Shown in pieces: positions 1 to 13,029 of a DNA stretch of 64,000 bases. Made by a program: the position numbers and the translations under genes. The DNA lies in assembly GCA_964016885.1 (NCBI GenBank), contig OZ024765.1:248001-312000 (forward strand), given 5' to 3'. This DNA is from Eledone cirrhosa. Lineage: Eukaryota. Below the pieces are notes generated by a model. That model ran no database searches, had not been told where the DNA came from, and saw only the letters and a program-made list of their open reading frames with translations. Position 1 is the stretch's first letter. Every line of letters begins with the position of its first letter.

Positions 1-58
1 CACAACCTCACTTATACACATATACACATAAGTTATATTACAATAATAATAAAGAATA

Positions 59-89
<31 letters not shown>

Positions 90-228
90 TATACACACAT
101 ATACACATATACATACATACACATACATATACATACATACATACACATACATACATACACCTAAATATAAACATATATAAATACACACATACGAATAAAG
201 ACATATATTCACACATAGACACCTATAT

Positions 229-267
<39 letters not shown>

Positions 268-361
268 TATCTATATACACACACATACACATACATACAC
301 ATATATATATATATACACACATATATACACACGCACACACATACAGACACACATACACACT

Positions 362-398
<37 letters not shown>

Positions 399-1253
399 AT
401 GTGAGTGTGCGCAAATACATACATATATATACACACACACATACAAACACACACAAACACATACATATGCATACATGCACACACACACACATATATCACA
501 TAGATACGAAGATAAACATATAAATAGAGAGACATACAAATATATACAGAACCCATATACACATACATGCAAACACGCATATACATATATACATATATAC
601 ACACATATATATTCATATATACAAGCATACACATACGCACACATATATACATATACCTACACATATATATACCACACATTCACATACACGTACATATATA
701 ATACATATATATACATACATATACATACATATGTATGTACAATCATATATACACACTCAATCTTACATTCATATTTACATGCTCATATATGTATTTTTAT
801 ATCTAGAAATAAATACCAAAAAAACTATATAGACACCCATCTACCCATATATTCATACATATACACTTACAAAAACAGATGATAATAGTATGGGGGAAAG
901 GGGGGGGTTTGGAGAAGGGGATCAAAGTAAATATATGTTTCAAGAAACCTATAATATTTTCCATATCTTAATTCAATGTATGTTCTTACATATTTTCAAT
1001 GCTAGGAAATACGAAATCTATGCATCACAAAATAAAAAAGTATACCATTAATCATATGTCAACTAAACCAAAGATAGTCAACATATTGATTTCCAAGGTG
1101 TAAATTAGTTAGGTTTATAATATTTGAAGCAGAATTATGAAGTCAAACAGTAGTAGATTATTAATTACATTATAACTAAATTAAAGTTAATAATAGGGAA
1201 AAGAAACCCAAATAAAAATAAAATAAAGTATTACATCGGTAGTAGCATATAAA
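1..1253. repeat. Left arm of long inverted repeat (pairs with 4207-5459)
   Basis: Position x pairs with 5460-x. Mirrored ORF translations are identical (33..644- = 4816..5427+; 475..882+ = 4578..4985-). Confidence 0.97.
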
Positions 1254-2088
1254 TTATATGTAAACTAAGTTAAAAATTATATATTTATTTCAATAGTATA
1301 TGTTAATTAGTATATGTTAATTAGGTATACAATACATAAAGCAGATATTGTATTTCATCAATAGCATAATATAATTATATGCAAATAAAAATCAAAATTA
1401 ATACGCATACACATACATATACATACACATACACATACATATACATATACATACACATATATATATATATATATACATATATATACACACATACATACAT
1501 ATATAGTCACATAAATATACATACAGATACACATACAATACACACATATACATATACATATAGATATACATATCTTTTTCAAAAAATTTTTTGCACAGAA
1601 TATATTAACTAGGTATATATCCAAAAACACCTCCCATTCTATGATTACATGAAATTCTGCAATTCGTCTGTACAAGGATACTAATTTTAAGTAAATTAAA
1701 ATTAAAATTAAAGTTTTAGGTTGATTAAAGCTAAAACCAAATAATAAATATATTTCCAAAATGTATATTAATTAGGTCAATAATACTAAAAATTCTTTCT
1801 CCGTCATAGGATACATGATATTATTTTGTTATATTTTATCTGTAAAAGAATTATAATAAAAAAAATTTTATAATAAAAGGTTAAACTAAATTAAAAAATT
1901 ATAATAAAAGGTTAAAATAAGTTAAAATTAATCTATAAATTAAATTACTGAATATATATTAGTAATATTTAAAGGTTTTTCAAAATTAATGATTACATAA
2001 TATTTTCTCATCTGTAATAAAATATTAATTAAATTAAATTTATAGGTTAACTAACATTTAAATTAAATTAAATTCTAGAATAATGTTA

Positions 2089-4206
2089 TTAATTAGGTTT
2101 ATAATATTTAAATGTTTTTTTTAGTTTATGATTACACGATATAATTAATTCCTGTCTTTTATTTAATAAGATATCCCTAGACTTCATTATTTCAAATAGT
2201 TCTTGGGAACATAATCTACATTCCTTTCTATTATTTTGATAAGGGGTGGCTCTTTTGAGCACACTCCAGGTCAAATCATATTTTATATTTTTATTTTTAT
2301 AACTATTGATTTTTTCTGCTAGAGATGTTGTATTAGCCAGTGCGGCATTTTTAAAGCTATGTTTGTGGGTATTATACCTTGTCTTAAAATTGTTAGAGGT
2401 AGCTCCTATATATGAGCAAATAGAATCTTTAGTTTTAACATTACATTTATAGACTATGTTGTTAACAAGACAATTCCCTTTTAATGGGCAGTTTGTTTTG
2501 TTTCTACAGTTACATCCTTTCGTTAATTCTGTATTTGAGGAGATATTATTGTTAATTTGATGTACTGGTGGTATACTTATAGTTTTCTTACATTTATATG
2601 CATTATATGCACTTATATTTTGTTTTATGTTATTTGTTGTAGAATATGAGAATTTAACTGTAGACCTATTTAAGATTTGATGGTATTTGTGGTTTGGCGG
2701 GAAGTTTTTCTCAAGGATATAAAAAAATTTTTTAGCAATATTATCCTTAACTTGTAAATTAAAAGGAGCATTATACCAAGTAACTCGTCTATTACGGTTT
2801 CTATGTTGTTTATTATTTTTATTATTTTTATATGTTGTATCATGATTTTTACTAGGAGGAATAATGTTAATGATCTCACCACAACTATTTTTAGTTATAT
2901 TTGTAGATTTAGGTGTTTTATCTTTTTTATTAGGAGTTTTATTATTAATATTTATTATAGTCTTATGATGAGTAGTTTTTTGAGGGTTACTATACTTTAT
3001 ATTAGAAGATTTAGTATTTTGGGGTATACTGTGGGTGGCATTTAGGTGTGTACCTTTCATTTGGTGTTTGTTGGTAATATTATGCTGTATGTTTTCAGTA
3101 TTTTTAGTAGAAGATATATACTCTAATCTATTTTTGTGGCCACTTCTATCTAGAGCTTCATTATAAAAGGTCGCATTTTTATCAAATACATCTTGGTTAG
3201 AAGAAAGGTTAGAAATTCTAAGTGATATATTATATGCAAGGTTTTTAAGGATAGATTTAGGGTGATTAGATTGTGAGTGTATGTAATGTAAGTTTTGGTT
3301 AGGTTTATGGTAAGGTTGGTATATACCCGTAGCTAAATCTAAAGTTATATCTAGGAAATTTACTACTTTACTTGTTTTTTCAAAAGTAATATTAAGATTA
3401 TAATAGTCCTTAAGGAAAGTTCTAATATGCTTTTTGTTTTTTTCGATTTCTGAAAGGCTAAGGTTGTTAGAAAGAAGAAGACAGTCATCACGATATAAAC
3501 CACCTTTGAGGTGGGGAAAAGAGGCATTTATGTTGAAAAGGAGAAAGAGGCCCACAAGATCAGTAATTTGGGCAGAATCGCTTGAACCCATAGTAATATC
3601 AAAAAGATTACTATAAGTGTTTCTGGTCCAGTATTCATTCTGAAATTCAATAAGTGTTTGTCTAGCATGTGTAATAATGTTAATGTCATCCGAAGTTAAA
3701 TTAGATCTATTTTTAGCAAATATTAATGCTTTGTTCAGGAGTATGGGTGATATAGAAGAATAATAGTTATCTATATCAAACTGTAGGAAAGAAGCAGAAG
3801 ATTTACACCTAATATTTTTAAACCAATTAATTACCTGGGAGGTGTTTTCCCAGAGTGGTAAAATAACGTATTTTCTTATTTGTGGGATGACTCTATCTAA
3901 AATTTTTTTGCTAATTATTCCAATATCTGATTTGGAGGGACATATAAGTCTAATAGAAGGATTAGAGTTAAAGTTAGATTTGTGATCTTTCAGGTTGAAG
4001 TGTGGACTTCTCAATGCCAAAGGTTCAGTTCTATCTTCAATATTTAGTTTCTTTACTATGTTGTGTGTTTTGTTGTTGATGTTGGTGAGTGACGCATTAT
4101 TAGATTTTTTATAACTTTTTCTGAGTTCTTTATATATGAACTCATTATAATGTTCAATATCCATATGGTACAAGTTACCAGTTTTGTCCGAGTGGACATG
4201 GATTTT
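2089..4206 (-). CDS. Penelope-like element (Naiad-type) reverse transcriptase + GIY-YIG endonuclease ORF, 5'-truncated
   Basis: Uninterrupted 694-aa ORF with PLE RT motifs (QFDIDNYY, ITMGSSDS, YRDD, FLDITLDL, YHKPN..YIH.QSNHP), a CNC-x5-CPLKGNC linker, IVY...YIG..FKTRY, CRLC..E and LLNKRQE. The frame stays open upstream of the TTG at 4173 (IHVHSDKTGNLY, the PLE DK motif) until the inversion junction near 4207, so the listed start is not a real start. Confidence 0.93.
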   Translation of the reverse strand, partial: KIHVHSDKTGNLYHMDIEHYNEFIYKELRKSYKKSNNASLTNINNKTHNIVKKLNIEDRTEPLALRSPHFNLKDHKSNFNSNPSIRLICPSKSDIGIISKKILDRVIPQIRKYVILPLWENTSQVINWFKNIRCKSSASFLQFDIDNYYSSISPILLNKALIFAKNRSNLTSDDINIITHARQTLIEFQNEYWTRNTYSNLFDITMGSSDSAQITDLVGLFLLFNINASFPHLKGGLYRDDCLLLSNNLSLSEIEKNKKHIRTFLKDYYNLNITFEKTSKVVNFLDITLDLATGIYQPYHKPNQNLHYIHSQSNHPKSILKNLAYNISLRISNLSSNQDVFDKNATFYNEALDRSGHKNRLEYISSTKNTENIQHNITNKHQMKGTHLNATHSIPQNTKSSNIKYSNPQKTTHHKTIININNKTPNKKDKTPKSTNITKNSCGEIINIIPPSKNHDTTYKNNKNNKQHRNRNRRVTWYNAPFNLQVKDNIAKKFFYILEKNFPPNHKYHQILNRSTVKFSYSTTNNIKQNISAYNAYKCKKTISIPPVHQINNNISSNTELTKGCNCRNKTNCPLKGNCLVNNIVYKCNVKTKDSICSYIGATSNNFKTRYNTHKHSFKNAALANTTSLAEKINSYKNKNIKYDLTWSVLKRATPYQNNRKECRLCSQELFEIMKSRDILLNKRQELIISCNHKLKKTFKYYKPN

Positions 4207-5061
4207 TTTATATGCTACTACCGATGTAATACTTTATTTTATTTTTATTTGGGTTTCTTTTCCCTATTATTAACTTTAATTTAGTTATAATGTAATTAAT
4301 AATCTACTACTGTTTGACTTCATAATTCTGCTTCAAATATTATAAACCTAACTAATTTACACCTTGGAAATCAATATGTTGACTATCTTTGGTTTAGTTG
4401 ACATATGATTAATGGTATACTTTTTTATTTTGTGATGCATAGATTTCGTATTTCCTAGCATTGAAAATATGTAAGAACATACATTGAATTAAGATATGGA
4501 AAATATTATAGGTTTCTTGAAACATATATTTACTTTGATCCCCTTCTCCAAACCCCCCCCTTTCCCCCATACTATTATCATCTGTTTTTGTAAGTGTATA
4601 TGTATGAATATATGGGTAGATGGGTGTCTATATAGTTTTTTTGGTATTTATTTCTAGATATAAAAATACATATATGAGCATGTAAATATGAATGTAAGAT
4701 TGAGTGTGTATATATGATTGTACATACATATGTATGTATATGTATGTATATATATGTATTATATATGTACGTGTATGTGAATGTGTGGTATATATATGTG
4801 TAGGTATATGTATATATGTGTGCGTATGTGTATGCTTGTATATATGAATATATATGTGTGTATATATGTATATATGTATATGCGTGTTTGCATGTATGTG
4901 TATATGGGTTCTGTATATATTTGTATGTCTCTCTATTTATATGTTTATCTTCGTATCTATGTGATATATGTGTGTGTGTGTGCATGTATGCATATGTATG
5001 TGTTTGTGTGTGTTTGTATGTGTGTGTGTATATATATGTATGTATTTGCGCACACTCACAT

Positions 5062-5098
<37 letters not shown>

Positions 5099-5192
5099 AG
5101 TGTGTATGTGTGTCTGTATGTGTGTGCGTGTGTATATATGTGTGTATATATATATATATGTGTATGTATGTGTATGTGTGTGTATATAGATA

Positions 5193-5231
<39 letters not shown>

Positions 5232-5370
5232 ATATAGGTGTCTATGTGTGAATATATGTCTTTATTCGTATGTGTGTATTTATATATGTTTATATTTAGG
5301 TGTATGTATGTATGTGTATGTATGTATGTATATGTATGTGTATGTATGTATATGTGTATATGTGTGTATA

Positions 5371-5401
<31 letters not shown>

Positions 5402-5459
5402 TATTCTTTATTATTATTGTAATATAACTTATGTGTATATGTGTATAAGTGAGGTTGTG
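4207..5459. repeat. Right arm of long inverted repeat (pairs with 1-1253)
   Basis: tttatatgctactaccgatg at 4207 is the reverse complement of catcggtagtagcatataaa ending at 1253. Confidence 0.97.
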
Positions 5460-5624
5460 TATGTATATATACTATGTGTATATATAAGGGTAATGAAATG
5501 TATATATATATATATATATATATATATGTGCATGTCTGTATTTTATGTGTGTGTGTATATATATGTATATGTGTATGTGTGTATATGTGTATGTATATAT
5601 GCATATATGTGTACGTGTGTGTAT

Positions 5625-5672
<48 letters not shown>

Positions 5673-5782
5673 GGATGTTTGTATGTGTTTTCATGGTGGT
5701 ATGAGTGTGGGATATATATGTTTATGTATAAGTATATGTATGTGTATGTATATATATATGAGTCTATGTGTGTGTGTGTATA

Positions 5783-5827
<45 letters not shown>

Positions 5828-6595
5828 ATGTGTGTATGTGTTGCGCGTGTGTGTGTCCGTATTTTTATCTTTTTATATGTGTATGTGTATGTTCGTGTAA
5901 ATGTATGTGTGTGTATGACAGTATAGGTATGTGTGTATGTATGAATGTGTAGATATCTCTATGTGCGCGTACATGTACGTATGTGTATGTATATCTGTAT
6001 GCGTATGTACATTATATTATGTAATATATTTTATTGTTTTTATTTTTTTATTTTTCATAATTTATAGATACATTTATATTAGGCTGTCTGGTCTGACAAC
6101 CTAATACTGACCCCTCCCCCCCCCCTCCCACCTAATTTCTGTATCTTGATCTTGAAATGTGTGTACCAGTGTGTTTATGTGAGTGACTTAATTTCTATTT
6201 GCTTATGATTTTATATCCACATATATAAATGTGAGTGGGGGGTGTGTGTGTGTTTGTGTGTTCGTGGTTATGTGTATATTTATATATATACGCACATGTA
6301 TGTGTGATTATACTGATATGTGTGAGTATGAAAAAAATATATTTATATGCTTGACTACATAAGTATCATTGCGTATCTTATCAGCGCATTAAGCTTACAG
6401 AGATATTAACCTTGAAATTTTTTATTTGCATCCATCTTTTTAGTATGCACATACATATTATACACACATTATTGTAAAATGTGTGTAGGGTTTTACATGT
6501 ATATACACACACCAAACTGCTTTTTAGCCCTTTGTGTTTTCATTGGTCAATTTTGAACTGATATTTTGAATTGTTGTTATTATCAATAAATATAC

Positions 6596-6750
6596 TTCAT
6601 TATTTCTGAAGACGGCGTATATATGAGTTAGGTATGTATATTTAATCTTGATAATTTGTATAATTTTGTATAATTTTGTACATAGATCTGTTAAATATGC
6701 ATACCAATTATAGCACATATATGCCCTAGAAACGATCGTTAAATAGTGAA
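6596..6750 (+). ncRNA. Type I hammerhead ribozyme in the PLE pLTR, with very long stem II
   Basis: Stem I ttcattattt/aaatagtgaa; CTGAAGA at 6606; stem II ggcgtatat...atatatgcc plus ggtatgtatatttaa/ttaaatatgcatacc; GAAA at 6729; palindromic stem III acgatcgt; GUU cleavage triplet. Confidence 0.8.
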
Positions 6751-6929
6751 CTTTTTTTGTTTAATATAAGGAATTGTTTGTTCATTATTTGTTTAATATT
6801 TTATATACATATATATACATATACACACACACACATATGTATATACACTCACATATATGCACATACACACATATATCTATAGTGGGAGATGTATATATAT
6901 ATATATATATATATGCACACACACAGATA

Positions 6930-7128
6930 GATACAGTGAAGGGTAGAGACTGTTGGAACCGTGGTCCACCTCACCGAGGGCTGATTGGTTATCGATTTCA
7001 TGGTGTCTCGATTTCGATACAGGTTGTAAATGGACAGATGTTAAGTTTTTACGCTCCACCGATTCTTATTTCGCTTAGTATATAATCGAGACATGTTGGA
7101 AATGTTTGGTAACAGCGTACCCCCTGTA
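6930..7128 (-). mobile_element. Probable PLE-derived pLTR stub with 3' half of a hammerhead
   Basis: Minus strand reads GAAA-TCGA-TA (6990-6999) with a palindromic stem III; short imperfect inverted repeat tgtctcgatt/aatcgagaca. Confidence 0.4.
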
Positions 7129-7133
7129 CATAC

Positions 7134-7142
7134 CTACTACTA

Positions 7143-7183
<41 letters not shown>

Positions 7184-7317
7184 ACTACTACTACTACTGC
7201 TACTACTACTACTACTACTACTAAAGCTACTACTACTACTAAAGCTACTACAACCACTACTCTACTAATATTACAGAGACTACTACTACTGCTACTACTA
7301 TTACTACTACACTAATT

Positions 7318-7360
<43 letters not shown>

Positions 7361-7362
7361 GA

Positions 7363-7397
<35 letters not shown>

Positions 7398-7580
7398 ACT
7401 ACTCATACTATACTTACACTACAAAGCTACGACTACTGCTAGTACAATACTAATAATAGTAAAACTCCTAATACTACTATACAAATACTATTAAAACTAT
7501 TACTACTACTACTTCAATTACTACTCCTACTACTGCTACTTCTACTATATCAATTAGTACTACTACTACTGCTACAACTA
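7134..7580. repeat. (CTA)n/(CTG)n triplet microsatellite
   Basis: Direct reading. Confidence 0.9.
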
Positions 7581-7702
7581 GTGAAGGTGCATGGTTTAGT
7601 GCTTAGAGTCCTTCCTCCTCCAGGCCTGAGTACAGCAGATTTCTTCTTCTTCTTCTTCTTCTTCTTCTTCTTCTTCTTCTTCTTCTTCGAGAGAGAGAGA
7701 GA

Positions 7703-7755
<53 letters not shown>

Positions 7756-7764
7756 AGAACCGAC

Positions 7765-7915
7765 GCCAGTACTTTACTGGTACTTTATGAGTACTTAAAT
7801 GAGAAAGATATATATAGGAAGTATTGACCCCAGAATTATATTGGTACTTTATTTATCGACCTAGAAAGAAATGAAAGGCAATGTTAACCTTGGCGGGTTT
7901 GGAACTCAGAGAGCA
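7765..7915 (-). mobile_element. SINE fragment(s)
   Basis: actggtacttt, tttatcgacc, atgaaaggcaatgttaaccttggcgggtttggaactcag is the reverse complement of the SINE core at 22157 and 32797. Confidence 0.65.
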
Positions 7916-7970
7916 GGGATATATACAGTATATTATTAAATATACTATACGTACATATATATACATATAC

Positions 7971-8005
<35 letters not shown>

Positions 8006-8063
8006 TATTTGACTGTATGTACAGTATATTTGGCAATGTAATGTATATTTCAGAGCACCAATA

Positions 8064-8156
<93 letters not shown>

Positions 8157-8229
8157 TTATATACATACATGGTGTCCCCCCAAAATGTATACACACTTCA
8201 AAAGTATTTTAATAAATATAGACTGATAC

Positions 8230-8300
<71 letters not shown>

Positions 8301-8301
<1 letters not shown>

Positions 8302-8434
8302 GGAACGAGTAGGACCCCCAACGGCTGAGCTCAAGCCGTTTCGACGGCTAATTGTGGACGTAATTATTACTACCCTAAGTATTGAGTACTTTGGTGCGTT
8401 ATGGTCCATCTGGTTCCTCACCACATTTCCTTCG

Positions 8435-8436
<2 letters not shown>
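8301..8436. mobile_element. Family A fold-back element, internally deleted
   Basis: One hairpin arm joined to the family tail; (TA)n on both sides. Confidence 0.85.
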
Positions 8437-8508
<72 letters not shown>

Positions 8509-8554
8509 AGAGACAGTGAGATTGAGAGAAAATGAGAAAGAGATAGACTAGGAC

Positions 8555-8690
8555 AGTTTTACCGACCTTGAAAGGATGAAAGGTAAAGTTAACCTCGGTG
8601 GGATTTGAACTCAGAGACTAGAGAGGTGGAACTAATAGCGTAAACCACTGTATCTGACGTTCTAACGACTCCCTATATTTTCCGCCTTTG
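8555..8690 (-). mobile_element. SINE fragment
   Basis: aggatgaaaggtaaagttaacctcggtgggatttgaactcag (B-box-like on the minus strand). Confidence 0.65.
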
Positions 8691-9342
8691 TCAATTCTCG
8701 TAGGACAAAAAAACAAATGTGATTTTACCCTTTCTGAAATAATTCCGTTTACTGGATCTTTTTCCGATTTAAATTTGACATCCTCTGTAGTTATGTTCGT
8801 CCATTTTTGTTCAATATGTTCTGTCTCTTGTTTTGCGCTGTTTTTTAATCCCAGAAACATTAAATTCTTGCCGTTTATTCTATCAGGCCATATTTCGATT
8901 CAAAAGTCACGTATTTATTTTTATGTAGGAGCAATATATACTTCAATTTTCCAATTTCCTATATTTCTATCAAAGTTTGTTGTATACATTTTAAAACATG
9001 GTTGTATATACCTGCAGACTTGACTTAGCTGGTACGTTTTATTTTATATTTTCAATTGTTTTATTGATTTGGCTGTTTCCTTTTAATTATAATTTCTTCC
9101 TGAGTTTTCTGTCTTTTGAAAGCTTTGTACAAAAACAATATGGTGTAAGACAGAATAAGGGAGAGACAGAAAATAAGAAATCAGTCATTGAGGAGGTCAC
9201 AGAATGTGTGACGAAAGAGCTTTGATAATCAATCCGGTTCTTGAAACAACCAGTCGGAAATTTATAATAAATTGAAGTGAGAATCAACAGGTGCGTGTGA
9301 TTTTATTGGCATCATGACACTCCAAAATATAACAATATATAT

Positions 9343-9478
9343 ATAATTCGTGAGATAATTTCTCACGAGTGAAACAGTTCTAGTCCTGTAGAAGCTTTTC
9401 TATATTAAACATTTATACTCTGCTATGTATTGAGTACCTTACTTACTGTGGTTACCCCCTATTGAACCCGGAATAACA
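9343..9478 (+). mobile_element. Family F PLE-type 3' stub with half hammerhead
   Basis: tcgtgaga/tctcacga hairpin, then GAAA-cag..ctg-TA-gaagc; homologous to 32402-32560 (minus strand). Confidence 0.75.
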
Positions 9479-9565
9479 CATATATATATACACACATATA
9501 AACATATATATATATATAAATATCTATATAAATACATATATATATATATACACATATACACATAT

Positions 9566-9619
<54 letters not shown>

Positions 9620-9621
<2 letters not shown>

Positions 9622-9810
9622 CGAAGGAAATGTGGTAAGGAACCAGGTGGACCATAACGCACCAAAGTACTCAATACTTAGGGTAGTAGAGTGGGTAATA
9701 GGAACAAGTAAGACCCCGACGGCTGAGCTCAAGCCGTTTCGACGGCTAATTCTGAGTACAGAATTAGCCGTCGAAACGGCTTGAGCTCAGCCGTCGGGGT
9801 CTTACTTGTT

Positions 9811-9813
<3 letters not shown>
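9620..9813. mobile_element. Family A fold-back element
   Basis: Perfect ~57-bp arms 9698-9754/9759-9815 with loop agta, plus ~80-bp tail; (TA)n flanks. Confidence 0.92.
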
Positions 9814-9858
<45 letters not shown>

Positions 9859-9863
<5 letters not shown>

Positions 9864-9971
9864 TTATTAAAATAACAAATATAAATATTTGCTCTACTGT
9901 TCTTATATATTTCAGATATATTTATCCTTATCGCGCCCTCTTTGGATGTTAGTCTTCAAATTTATTATTAT

Positions 9972-9975
<4 letters not shown>
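9859..9975 (+). mobile_element. Family D short element in (TA)n
   Basis: Homologous to 43852-43925, 59756-59911 and 12135-12182. Confidence 0.75.
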
Positions 9976-10020
<45 letters not shown>

Positions 10021-10293
10021 CATACACATATAAATCACTGTGTTTAAAGCCACTACCCTAAATATTAATATATCGTACACTGTTAACACTTGTATAATTC
10101 GACCCAGGGACGTCTTCAACGCCAGGGAGATTTATTTGTTTTTTCTCTGCCAGAAACGGTCGTTTTTGTTTACAGGAAAACATTCTTGGTACAATTATAT
10201 CGATTTTAAATCGAGTAAACAATAACTATATAAAAACCAGCTGAGAAATTAGTCAATTGAAAAATATATTATATGTGTATATGTACGTATATA

Positions 10294-10334
<41 letters not shown>

Positions 10335-10505
10335 ATGTGTGTGTATGTGCGTGTATGTATACAAATTCGCATATATATAAATTGGTATATATAAATACGT
10401 ACATAAAATTCATATATATATATATATATAGACACACAAATTGCTTTATATATGAAAATATGTATATATAAATTCACACATATATATATATTATATATAT
10501 ATTCA

Positions 10506-10588
<83 letters not shown>

Positions 10589-10615
10589 TCACACATATAT
10601 ATATTATATATATAT

Positions 10616-10876
<261 letters not shown>

Positions 10877-11103
10877 CATATATATATATATGTATATATA
10901 TATATGTGTATGTATGTTTATCTATAAGTGTATGTTTGTCAGTTAAGATGTGTTAGTCGGCAATATTAATTACACGAAAGTTACCTAGTACAATATATTA
11001 TGTGTGCTATAAATACTTTCTCTCTTCACTTAATTGGTCATTGGTTTAGCAAACGATGTCTATTAAACCGAAATATAACGAAGCCAAACTTGAAACAAGA
11101 TGG

Positions 11104-11133
11104 ACAACAACAACAACAACGACGACAACAGCG

Positions 11134-11164
<31 letters not shown>

Positions 11165-11300
11165 GAACGACAACAACGACAACAACGACAACGACAACAA
11201 CAACGACAACAGCAACAACAACAACAACATCAACAACAACGACAACAACAACAACAACGACAACGACAACAGCGACAACAACAACAGCAACAACAACACT
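11104..11300. repeat. (CAA)n/(CGA)n microsatellite
   Basis: Direct reading. Confidence 0.9.
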
Positions 11301-11319
11301 GATGATAACTTTCTACTTT

Positions 11320-11670
11320 AGGGCACAAGGGCAGCAATTTTAAGGGCTGGCAAAGTCTATTAAATCTACCCCTGTGCTTTACCTAAGGATAATATGTAAA
11401 GCTAAACTTGGTGGGATTTGAACTCAGAACGTAAAGTGTCGTAACTCTATGCTTACGCGGTCTATGAGATAAAGTACCAGTAATACACTACGAAAATTGC
11501 TGGCCTTGTGCCAAAAGTAGAAACAATTACATTTTTTAAGGGCGTTGGATTGCAGTATCTGTAAGGGTGGGACGCCATGCTTATCAGCATAGAGTTACGG
11601 CCCTTTACAGGCATAGTTCAAATCCAGCCGAGTTTAACTTTGCCTTTCATCTTTACAGGGACGATACAAC
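11320..11670. mobile_element. Cluster of SINE fragments in both orientations
   Basis: gggatttgaactcag; taaagtaccagtaatacact; aattgctggccttgtgcc; agttcaaatccagccgagtttaactttgcctttcatc. Confidence 0.7.
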
Positions 11671-11916
11671 AGCAGTTGTCATTTCGTGGAAGTGGAAATG
11701 AACTGTAATCAAGTGTGCTAGGACAACAGGGGACTCATGGTGAGAATATTGAACATGTTGATTATATAATTAAGGAATCTATTAATTAATTAATGTTACA
11801 GATCAGCAATTAACGTCACGAACAGGTTTATAGAATAGTGACGGGTTTCGATAGAAATCTTTCATTGTAAACAGACTATTGAAAGTTAATTAAATATGAA
11901 TGAATATATATATATA

Positions 11917-11985
<69 letters not shown>

Positions 11986-11987
11986 TG

Positions 11988-12034
<47 letters not shown>

Positions 12035-12040
12035 GTATAA

Positions 12041-12138
<98 letters not shown>

Positions 12139-12180
12139 GCAGCGCTTCTTTGCTTAAACTTTAATCTGTTATTTTAATAA

Positions 12181-12250
<70 letters not shown>

Positions 12251-12458
12251 ATGTGTGTTTCTGTGTGTGTTTATATAATTGTATATCATTAAGACGGAAT
12301 TGTCAAGTTAAGAATGACAGGGTACGAATATTTGAATTAAATTAAATTTCAAACATGGCGTCCTTACATCGCTTACGTTGAAGTCCTTGCTGATGACAGT
12401 AACATCAACACGATACGTTAATAATATACCTGATATAGTCTATATACCTATATATATA

Positions 12459-12608
<150 letters not shown>

Positions 12609-12751
12609 TATATATATGCAGAAGTTATATTTAATTTGTTGGGATTCAACAAGCTTAAAAGTTTTATAACTGATATAAAGCACTCAACATGTAACTGGCG
12701 TTAATATTCAATATATTAATAAATGGAAACTATATTTATAAAACCATAACA

Positions 12752-12815
12752 ATTTTATTATATATATTTCAAGGGCAACCAAGGCAATTTTGGGTCGTTT
12801 TCATCAGATAAAATA
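12752..12815 (-). ncRNA. Type I hammerhead ribozyme (family B, inverted copy)
   Basis: Reverse complement of the 12965 motif (tttc...tcatcag). Confidence 0.72.
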
Positions 12816-12964
12816 CAAAATTTGTTTTATAAATGTTGACATACCCGAAGAAAAACAACCCTGACGGTTGAAGTTTCGCTGGATAGTCGAACGATCTCCA
12901 TCGAACCTTCAACCGTCAGGGTTGTTTTTCTACGGGTATGTCAACATTTATAAAACAAATTTTG

Positions 12965-13029
12965 TATTTTATCTGATGAAAACGCACCAAAATTGCCTTG
13001 GTTGCCCTTGAAATATATATAATAAAATA
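12965..13029 (+). ncRNA. Type I hammerhead ribozyme (family B)
   Basis: tattttat-CTGATGA-imperfect stem II (accaa/ttggt)-GAAA-tatata-TA-ataaaata. Confidence 0.75.

Larger units (their letters stand above)
1..6800 (-). mobile_element. Penelope-like retroelement insertion: ORF and 3' region on the minus strand plus an inverted copy of the 3' region (pLTR) on the plus strand
   Basis: 1-1253 is the reverse complement of 4207-5459. The plus-strand copy continues to a hammerhead at 6596-6750 and ends in (TA)-rich sequence near 6800. The left arm runs off the window. Confidence 0.85.

Noticed and set aside
2089-4173. Selenoprotein-type Naiad ORF
   Set aside because: Some Naiads use in-frame UGA, but this frame has none and all motif cysteines are ordinary Cys codons.
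8167-8205. Tc1-like terminal inverted repeat stub
   Set aside because: No partner end or transposase sequence found.
12385-12440. Hammerhead at ctgatga 12391
   Set aside because: No GAAA box or pairing stems.
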